Source of the DNA: Octopus vulgaris
Taxonomy: Eukaryota
Length of the DNA: 64,000 nt
Assembly: GCA_951406725.2 (NCBI GenBank)
Contig: OX597835.1
Coordinates: 23,994,001 to 24,058,000, forward strand
Direction of reading: 5' to 3'
Shown: positions 54,159-64,000 of the stretch, one piece after another
How the letters are laid out: each line of letters starts with the position of its first letter
How positions within the stretch are numbered: position 1 is the first letter of the stretch
Position numbers and translations under genes: made by a program
The notes under the pieces: model-generated
Told to the model about the DNA's origin: nothing
Databases searched by the model: none
The model's input: only the letters and a program-made list of their open reading frames with translations

Positions 54159-54828
54159 CCCATTATCCCAATATATCAGTCAGCTCATCCCCACCCGCGC
54201 TAAAATGCCTCTTGAAACGGTGTTATTTAAATAAAACCGCCCGTGATTAGTATACTCAATATAAATACAGTCAAATCCACTGTAAGTGGTTAATATTGAT
54301 CCCAGGTGCTCTATGTGGTCACCCAAGTGGTCGATAAACATCTGAGACGATTTTGAGCAATTGAGGCTGCTGAATTATTATCGAACTGAATTTGGAAGAA
54401 CGCGGTAAGTTTGAAGCTAACACTCGCTAATTTCCAACCAAATATCGCTGCAAGAAATAGAATTCAACAGACATTATATTCCACACTAAAACGTAATGAG
54501 ATATAACAAAATAAGGCAACGTATTTAGGGTAATAAAGGAAGGAAAACCAAAGAAAGAAAGAATGAAGAAAAGAAAGAAAGGAAGAAAGAAAGAAAATAG
54601 AGAAAGAATGAATGGAAAAAAGAAGAGAAAAAGCAGTAATGTATGAAGAGAAAATAAAAATAACAAGGAAAAGAAAGTTTTCAAGTTTGTTATTTCTTTG
54701 ACAAACAAAGAATCTTTATATTCCAGTCCTCGATTCTTCCATCGTACCTTCGTAGCCTCGGTTCTTCTCTCGTCCACCTACGTTTCGTTTTGCTTATCTG
54801 ACCTACTTCAAGCAGGGGATCAAGAGGA

Positions 54829-54937
<109 letters not shown>

Positions 54938-55097
54938 GACACAGAGTGTGGGTGGCTAGAGAAGTCCCAGAAATTAATGAGAAAGATTGAAAAACCAAGA
55001 TGGAAAAAAAGGAAGAGAGGGAGAATGTGGGACTCTGTATGTGTGTGTGTGTGTGTGTGTGCGTGTGTGTAGGGTGTTTTTCTCTTACGTGTTTGTA

Positions 55098-55146
<49 letters not shown>

Positions 55147-55245
55147 GTCTGTCTGTCTATCTGTCTCTATCAAATCTGTGTACTCTATCAAATGTGTGTT
55201 TATGTGTATGTGTATGTATAAACACACACACACACACACACACGG

Positions 55246-55290
<45 letters not shown>

Positions 55291-55517
55291 CACACAGGAA
55301 CACATGCATACTGACAAACACAAACATCCGTTAGCTTCAACGGAGAATCGTCGGCAGGCTCGGACGAACTCTATCAGAGCGCAATGCAAATGTAATTATT
55401 TTTAAAGACTTGCATTAATTATGTGTTTCACGCAAATTAGCTGGTTGTTGCTGAATCTATTTTAATAATTGAGAAACCACACGGTCGAAATCCTGGCTAC
55501 GCCTATTATGTACACAT

Positions 55518-55689
<172 letters not shown>

Positions 55690-56364
55690 TTGATGTTCTT
55701 GTTCTTTATGTACTTAGCCGTTTAGCCGTCACTCACAAGCGAGAAGTGATTGGTACCATGCTTTCGCCAATTGCCTTAGGTACCCGTCATAAGATGCCCG
55801 TCGCTAAATGGGCGCACTGGACGGCATTTCCCCACCCATCACTATTCAGTGGTGCACCCTCAGATTTACAGTGATACACTTAATTCGAAACTCCACAAAT
55901 TAGGGCCCACCTATAATATTCTGAAGCACCCCAAGCCCCAAAGTCTGGTGACGGGCCTGCAACTGACATAAACCCTCCCTCGGCACCTCCCACTCTTGGA
56001 CCCAGCAGAATATCCCGAATGTAATAGCTGAAGGGAGGGGATCGCTGACTGCCCCAGTAGTCGACTGGTACTCGTTTGTTTTTAGCTTAGTCGACAGAAG
56101 CAGAGTAAAATGAAGTGTTATGCTTAAGGACACATATGGCTGTCTGGCCCTAAGAGTCGAACTTACATCCTCATGATCGTGAACCGAGCATTCTAACCAC
56201 TAGGTAGCGCCCCTCCGTTTTGTTGGATAAGTATTTATCGGGCAAAAACACACAACTATTTTCACTAAAATAACTTCGTTCCTGATAGATGCGTAACCGA
56301 ACTCCCTACTCTACCTTGTCAATACAGAAGTCTAATACGTTACCCGCTCATTTTCTGACATTTT

Positions 56365-56416
<52 letters not shown>

Positions 56417-56436
56417 CATACTCAATCAGTATGTTC

Positions 56437-56614
56437 TGCTTGTTCGTCGGTGCGCCGCTGTTTAGCGTGGTGGGGATAACTCCCTCAAAGCAATGATTGC
56501 TAAAAACACTATAAAATCATAGACAAGCGAGATAACTCACTCGTAATCCCATTCAAGAGTGCTTTGGGAGAGTTAACTCCACCGCGCTAACTGCAGCGTA
56601 CCGACGAACAAGCA
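56437..56614. mobile_element. GC-rich MITE-like foldback, ~56-bp TIRs
   Basis: tgcttgttcgtcggtgcgccgc...caaagca / tgctttg...gcagcgtaccgacgaacaagca. Confidence 0.75.
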
Positions 56615-58020
56615 AAGCGAGATAAGAGAAAAATTAGGGACCGTTAGGTTAGGTATTGGTTATCTAAGTGTGCGGGCGTTTTGATAGATTTTTAAATTAT
56701 CGCTTGTCGCTACACCCTCAATATAACTTTAGGATGTGGGTAGGAAAAAACAGTATCGGTGCAGCGTGACAGCTGTTTCAAAGGAGAAAGCCATCTGTAC
56801 ACTGAAGAGGAAATTGCATGCATATATGTATGTATGTATGTACGTATGTATGTATGTATGTATGTATGTATGTATGTATGTATGTATGTATGTATGTATG
56901 TATGTATGAATGCATGTATGTATGTATGTATGTATGTATGTATTATGTATGTATGTATGTATGTATCTATGTATGTATGTGTGTATGCATGCATGCAAGG
57001 GAGATAATCACTTCTAGATAATTCATGGTAGGGTTAGAAGTTTGAATTTCAAACCGAAGAGTAACGTAGAGGAGACATAGAATATATATATTCAATTGTT
57101 TTCCCCACTCCTTATAAAGGTCTTAAATATTTGTTAATTATAGGTAGCCGTGTCTAGTGGCCATTTCGTCCTTATTTAAAGTTATCAGCATGACATAACC
57201 CTAAGCAAATAGATTACACTAAATTAAACATTTTACGAAAATTACTGATACAACAGTAATGTTTATTTTTCATATTGAATTTTACTATAAGATATACCTC
57301 CAAATTCCAGCGAACTCAGCTCGCCTTCCATAAATAAATTTAATTTACGAGATGCATAAGACCGATGTAAACGTAATGGACCATAAAAGAGGGACCGACT
57401 GGATGACCTCGGTTCAACTAATTTTATAGTTTCACCAGCAATCATTTGCTCTACATTTTACTGCTGCCGCGAAACTGTATTTATATTTGACACATTTAAC
57501 ACATTTGTACTCCTACCTAAATTATTAACATGCTAGCAGTGTTTATTTTTTCCCGCTGGGTTTATTAAAAATATGACAGACGTTCACGTCATTCTTATGT
57601 TTCTGATAAATATATTTACGAAAGCTGTTAAGACTATAATCATTGTGTATACAGCATAGCAAACTTTAGTGTGTACATCTATACGTATGCGTTCATGCGT
57701 ATATGCATGCATACACGTTCATACATATAGTATTTCTTTCTGTCTTTCACTATGTGTGTGCATGTATGTATGCAAGCACGCATGCGTGTATGTATGTACG
57801 TCATTATGTATGTATGTATGTATGTATGTATGCATGTATGTATGTATGCATGCATATATGTATGTATGTATGTATGTATGCATGCATATATGTATGTATT
57901 ACGTATGTATGTATGTATGTATGTATGTATGTATGTATGTATGTATGTATGTATGTATGTATGTATGTATATATGTATATATGTATGTATGCATGTATGT
58001 ATGTATGTATGTATGCATGC

Positions 58021-58053
<33 letters not shown>

Positions 58054-58135
58054 TGTATATATGTATATATGTATGTATGTATGCATGTATGTATGTATGT
58101 ATGTATGTATGCATGCATATATGTATGTATGTATG

Positions 58136-58167
<32 letters not shown>

Positions 58168-58176
58168 TGTATTATA

Positions 58177-58591
58177 GGCGTAGGAGTGTGGTAAGTAGCT
58201 TGCTTACCAACCACATGGTTCCGGGTTCAGTCCCACTGCGTGGCACCTTGGGCAAGTGTCTTCTACTATAGCCTCGAGCCGACCAAAGCCTTGTGAGTGG
58301 ATTTGGTAGACGGAAACTGAAAGAATCCCGTCGTATATATGTACATATCTGCGTATATGTGTGTATGTATATGATTGTGTGTCTGTGTTTGTGTGTCTGT
58401 TTTTGTCTCACCAACATCGCTTGACAACCGATGCTGGTGTGTTTACGTCCCCGTAACTTAGCAGTTCGACAAAAGAGACCGATAGTGTAAGTACTAGGCT
58501 TACAAAGAATAAGTCCTGGAATCGATTTGCTCGACTAGAGGCGGTGCTCCAGCATGGCCACAGTCAAATGTCTGAAATAAGTAAAAGAGTA
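58177..58591 (+). mobile_element. SINE-A
   Basis: Full-length copy. Confidence 0.9.
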
Positions 58592-58906
58592 TGTATGTAT
58601 GTATGTATGTATGTATGTATGTATGTATGTATGTATGTATGTATTAATGCAGGAGCCAGTCCTGATGTGATTAGACTTGAAACTCCAAAATACTATATAT
58701 ATATCCTTTACCTTTTACTTGTTTGAGTCATTGGGCCGCGGCCATGCTGGGGCATCGCCTAGAAGAATTTTAATTGAACAAATCAACCCCAGCTCTTATT
58801 TTTGTTCTTAAAGCTTTATGCTTATTCTATCGGTTTCTTTTATCGAACTGCTAAGTTATGGGGACGTAAACACACCCACACCGATGCAAAGGCATATATA
58901 TATATA

Positions 58907-60180
58907 CAGATATGCAGGAAGTAAATAGACACCTTTAATTTTTAAAATCTTTTATTTAATACGCAAAGCGAACAATTGAAATGCAATCGGTAGGTAGGAC
59001 TACATATTTTAGTATTTAGTTGACATTCCCTTCGCAGTTATTAATTCAGAAACTCTTTTTGGCATTGAACTGATGAGCTTTGTGATTGTCTCTTGTGGAA
59101 TTTCTGCCCACTTTTCACGCAACAATCGAAACAATTTATCTTTAGATTAAGGTTTCTGTCCAGTTTTTCGTATAGCTCTATCTAGTATGCTCCGAAGATT
59201 TTCGGTTGGGCTCAATGTCAGGAGATTAGCTCGGCCGAGGAAACTTTTTGATCCCATTTTCAGTCAGCCATTGTTGATTCCTTTTCGCTGTGTGGCAGGG
59301 AGCCCCATCTTCCATGAATAAAATCTCATTTTTCGTTATGTTATCGCGTGAATACATCGGAAGAATTTCGATGTATTTTTCAGAGTTTATAGTTCCAACA
59401 CATTCGATCAGCTCAGAACGACCATTGCTGGTGACAGCTCCCCATACCATTACAGAGATACCGCCATGTTTCGCAGTTGGTTGGAGTCGTTTCAAATCAA
59501 ATTCTTGGTTGGTTGGAGTCGTTTCAAATCAAATTCTTGATTGGGAAGCCTCCAGACCCAAACACGTCCACTGTCTGAAAATAATGCATATCTGGATTCA
59601 TCTGAGAAAATCACTCTATCCCAAAATGAACTGGATTTTTCTGACATCTCCTTAGCCCATTTCTTTCTTTTCGTGATACTAATTGGTTGAAGGAACGGTT
59701 TTCTTCTAGCTGCTCGTCCATAATACCCAAGCTTATGCAGATATGTAACACACGTTCTTGGACTAACTTCTAGCTGTTTTGCAATGTCAGAAGCCTTCGA
59801 ATGGGGTTCTTTTCCCCCAATTCTCTTCAAACAGCGAAGCTTCCTTTCCGAGGGCCCAGGTCGGCCGGGACGAGAATCCGTTGACTCTTTTACTTGGTTT
59901 TTGAATTGCACTATAATTCTATTAACAGTAGCAAGAGGAATTTGAAGATTTTCGGCAATTATTCGCTGGCTCAGATTGCCCAACAATACGATCTCTTTGA
60001 AAATCTGACAGTTCTGCTGATTTTTTTTTGTGCGTGGCATGATTACTCTTCGCAAATGTTTAATATAATGGCACCTGAAATGAAAAAGAATAATTACATT
60101 GTAAATTCTACACCGTTGAAAACTTATTAAGACGCTTAGATCAGAAATTTTGAAAATTAAAAATGTCTATTTACTTTCTG

Positions 60181-60188
<8 letters not shown>
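58907..60188 (-). mobile_element. Tc1 (DD34E) transposon, near full length, ~1.28 kb
   Basis: ~42-bp TIRs cagatatgcaggaagtaaatagacac.. / ..tgtctatttactttctgcatgtgtg; left TA flank. Confidence 0.92.
59010..60040 (-). pseudogene. Tc1 transposase pseudogene
   Basis: HTH N-terminus, GRP, ARRKP, VIFSDES, KHGGISVMVWG, MEDGAPCH, SPD(L)SPTEN (34 aa D-E spacing); frameshift from a 32-bp duplication and an in-frame stop. Confidence 0.9.
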
Positions 60189-60232
<44 letters not shown>

Positions 60233-60273
60233 TGTGTGTATTAGAAAATTTGGAGATGATGTACAGGTTTTTT

Positions 60274-60561
60274 ATATTAGAAGAAATGAGGTACTCAGAA
60301 ATTCGGATGGTTTTATATTTACAGATATTTATTTGTATAGTACATGTTTTTATACATCATATAACTTATATCATATATCATATATGTGATATAAAATCCA
60401 CCAGAATGGACGCAATTTGAAAAATCCACCAGAATGGACGAAAGCGCTGATATATGATATATGATATAAGTTATATGATGTATAAAAACATGTAATATAC
60501 AAATAAATATCTGTAAATATAAAACCATCCGAATTTCTGAGTACCTCATTTCTTCTAATAT
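60274..60561. repeat. Near-perfect 112-bp inverted repeat with 64-bp spacer
   Basis: Arms 60274-60385 and 60450-60561 with 1 mismatch; spacer holds aaaatccaccagaatggacg twice. Confidence 0.9.
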
Positions 60562-60633
60562 TATATACGACGGGCTTTCAGTTTCCGTCAACTAAATCGA
60601 CCCAGAAAAGTTTGTCGGTCCGAGGCTAATATA

Positions 60634-60864
60634 TATTTCTTTATTACCCACAAGGGGCTAAACACAGAGGGGACAAACAAGGACAGACAAACGGATCAAG
60701 TCGATTACTTCGACCCCACTGCGCAACTGGTACTTTATTTATCGACCCCGAAAGGATGAAAGGCAAAGTTGACCTCGGCGGAATTTGAACTCACAACGTA
60801 ACGACAGACGAAATACCGCTACGCATTTCGCCCGGCGTGCTAACGTTTCTGCCAGCTCGCCGCC
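60634..60864 (-). mobile_element. SINE-B monomer (Tx1-like tail) with TSD
   Basis: TSD gaggctaatata at 60622-60633 and 60865-60876. Confidence 0.9.
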
Positions 60865-61329
60865 GAGGCTAATATAGAAGACACTTGTCCAAAGTTTTAC
60901 ACAGTAGGACTTGAACCTGGAATCATGTAGTTGGCAATCAAACTTCTTAGCACGCAGCCACACCGGCGCTTGTTGTATAGAACTGCTTTCCAGGGTTATA
61001 ACTAATTTCTAAGGTAACAGTGACCTGAATTCATGCTTGACCTACTTTATACAAAATAACTCTAGTGTGGGGGAAAATTAAGTGACAATGCCTGTCCCAT
61101 AAACAATACGCTAACTAAGGGTCTGTTGTATGCTAAACTTGAGATGCCCCGAGAAAAAAATGAGAGGAATTTTGTCATATTATTAAGCAAGCTACCTGAT
61201 AGCCAAATAAGCTGTGTCACAATGGCTAAGCTGAACAATACAGTATAGCATATATTAGCTTTCGGCATATTTAAGATTTTTATCTGTATTTTTCCGTAAA
61301 GAAAAGGGTTTTAAGAAATGTTTTAAGTT

Positions 61330-61698
61330 CTTTTACTCTTTTACTCTTTTACTTGTTTCAGTCATTTGACTGTGGCCATGCTGGAGCACCGCCTTTAGTC
61401 GAGCAAATCGACCCCGGGACTTATTCTTTGTAAGCCTAGTACTTATTCTATCGGTCTCTTTTGCCGAACCACTATGTTACGGGGACGTGAACACGCCAGC
61501 ATCGGTTGTCAAGCGATATTGAGGGGACAAACACAGACACACAAACATAACTCCCCCCCACACATATATATATACATATATACAACGGGATTCTTTCAGT
61601 TTCCACTCACAAGGCTTTGGTCGGACCGAGGCTATAGTATAAAACACTTGCTCAAGGTTGGTAAGCAAGCTACTTACCACACAGCCACTCCTACGCCT
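61330..61698 (-). mobile_element. SINE-A with internal deletions
   Basis: Reverse copy. Confidence 0.85.
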
Positions 61699-61965
61699 AT
61701 GCGTAGTTGTGTAAGAAACATGATTTTTATCTCTTATAATTTCCGTGTTTCGTTCACAAGACTATGGCCATGCTGGGGCACCGACTTGGGGGGCTTTCTT
61801 GTAGATGAACAAATGAAACACGGTACTTATTTTTTGCTTAAAGTCCCGTACTTATTCTATCGCCCTCTTTTCTGATCCTCCGTGTATGCATGTATATATC
61901 TTTTACTTGTTTCACTCATCGGGTTGCGGCCCTGCTGGAGCATCGTCTTCATGTATTTGGTCAAA

Positions 61966-62197
61966 GGCGGCGAGCTGGCAGAATCGTTAGCACGACGGGC
62001 GAAACGCGTAGCCGTATTTCGTCTGCCGTTACGTTCTGAGTTCAAATTCCGCCGAGGTCGACTTTGCCTTTCAACCTTTCGGGGTCGATAAATTAAGTAC
62101 CAGTTACGCACTGGGGTCGATATAATCGACTTAATCCGTTTGTCTATCCTTGTTTGTCCCCTCTGTGTGTAACCCCTTGTGGGCAGTAAAGAAATAG
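61966..62197 (+). mobile_element. SINE-B monomer with 13-bp TSD inside a SINE-A-type tail
   Basis: gtatttggtcaaa at 61953-61965 / gtatatggtcaaa at 62198-62210. Confidence 0.9.
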
Positions 62198-62685
62198 GTA
62201 TATGGTCAAACAAATCGATTCTATTACTTTTTGTTTTTAAAGTCTTGTACTTATTCTATCGGTCACACTTTTGCTGAACCGCTAAGTTAGAAGGACGTAA
62301 ACAACCCAGAGCCGGTTGTCAAAGGATGTAGGATAGACAAATACAAGTCCAAAAACATACATGCACGCCCATACACACACGCACACGCACTCGCACATGC
62401 ACATGCACGCAAACGCAGGCGTACACACGCACACGTACGCACATACACACGCACGCACACATACACACGCACACATGCACACATGCGCGCTGGCAGAATC
62501 TTTAGCACGCCGGACAAAATGTCGCTAAGCATTTTGTCTGGTTTTATCCGGTTCTGAGTTCAAATTCTGTCTTTCATCCTTTTTGGTGGGGTCAATAAAT
62601 TAAGTACCAGTGAAACACTGGGGTCGATGTAATCGACTAGCCACCTCCCACCAAATTGCAGGCTTTCTGCCCTTACTAGAAAGGA

Positions 62686-62688
62686 TTA

Positions 62689-62722
<34 letters not shown>

Positions 62723-62787
62723 CATTATCATCATCATCATCATCATCATCATCATTATTATTATTATTATTGTCATCATCATCATCA

Positions 62788-62836
<49 letters not shown>

Positions 62837-62850
62837 CATTATTATTATTA

Positions 62851-62941
<91 letters not shown>

Positions 62942-63045
62942 TATTATTATTATTATTATTATTATCATTATTATTATTATCATTATTATTATTATTATTA
63001 TTATTATCATCATCATCATCATCATTATTATTATCACCATTATTA

Positions 63046-63099
<54 letters not shown>

Positions 63100-63135
63100 T
63101 ATTATTATTTATTATTATCATCAACATCATCATCA

Positions 63136-63181
<46 letters not shown>

Positions 63182-63197
63182 CATTATTTTTATTATT
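62686..63197. repeat. (ATT/ATC)n microsatellite
   Basis: Direct reading. Confidence 0.95.
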
Positions 63198-63703
63198 GTA
63201 TGTAGGCTGGTCTACAAGGTAAAAAAAACCCAGTAGATACGGGCGTATATTTCTATGTCGGAAGGTAAGGGGGAGGGAGGGAACTAGATAGGTCAGCAGG
63301 GATGGGAGGACGCATATTTTTTTCTTTTATTCTGAATTTTTCTTTCTCCTACACCATTTGTCTCTTTCCTTTTGACACCCGAGGGATATTAATCTGTTCA
63401 TTTTACCGCATCATACCTTTTCCCATAGGCTTATTGGTAGGTAGGTAGGTATGTAGGTAGGTAGACAGGTAGGCAGGCAAGCAGGTAGATAGTTAGGTAG
63501 GTAGGTACCTATGTACATGTTGAGATAGGTTGGTAGGTAGCTATGTCCGTATTTAAGTAGCTGGGTAGGTGAATAGGTAAATAGAAATGTTGGTAGGCAG
63601 GTAGGAACATACAAGATCAGTGAAGGAAACGGCCTAGGGTCCCCTGTGTCTGTCCTACGTGTATGTTTTGTAGTATTTAATGCATTTTTCATTTATTATG
63701 TTG

Positions 63704-63757
<54 letters not shown>

Positions 63758-63886
63758 CTAGTTGAGTTTCATATATAATTGTATTTATAATTTTTACCTT
63801 AAAAGGCATTTTTCATATGCTGGCCACTGATAAAATTTTTTAATAAAATATTATCTTTATATCAGAAGCATATATATATATATAAT

Positions 63887-63995
<109 letters not shown>

Positions 63996-64000
63996 CAAAA

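Larger units (their letters stand above)
58705..60968 (-). mobile_element. SINE-A host copy carrying three nested insertions
   Basis: 3' half at 58705-58890; 5' half at 60565-60633 plus 60865-60968. Confidence 0.7.

Noticed and set aside
54306-54410. + strand exon with strong gtaagt donor
   Set aside because: All three frames contain stops; cannot be supported without transcripts

Overview
Eukaryotic, AT-rich, extremely microsatellite-dense genomic DNA. The tRNA-derived SINE families and LINE types match what I recall from octopus (coleoid cephalopod) genomes; the species is inferred, not verified. No intact host protein-coding gene, tRNA/rRNA gene or CRISPR array can be supported, and almost all ORFs in the track are simple-repeat artefacts. 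The window is a dense, nested graveyard of mobile elements: at least four SINE families; RTE, CR1, Tx1-like, R4/Dong-like (RLE) and HERO-like LINE fragments; Penelope-like element (PLE) RT and GIY-YIG remnants with hammerhead-ribozyme motifs; a near full-length Tc1 (DD34E) with TIRs; maT (DD37D), pogo/Tigger and Helitron relics; and several MITEs/foldbacks. The most notable signals are: (i) a SINE carrying a Tx1-LINE-like 3' tail that repeatedly forms seamless head-less tandem arrays at one fixed site in its own head (candidate self-targeting retroposon); (ii) retroelement families each sitting in their own microsatellite type (AAT, TACA, GATA, TA); (iii) a ~410-bp, ~97% identical foldback of a PLE RT fragment plus other young hairpins; (iv) an intact-looking minimal hammerhead ribozyme; and (v) an HDV-like fold in an RTE 5'UTR split by a SINE.
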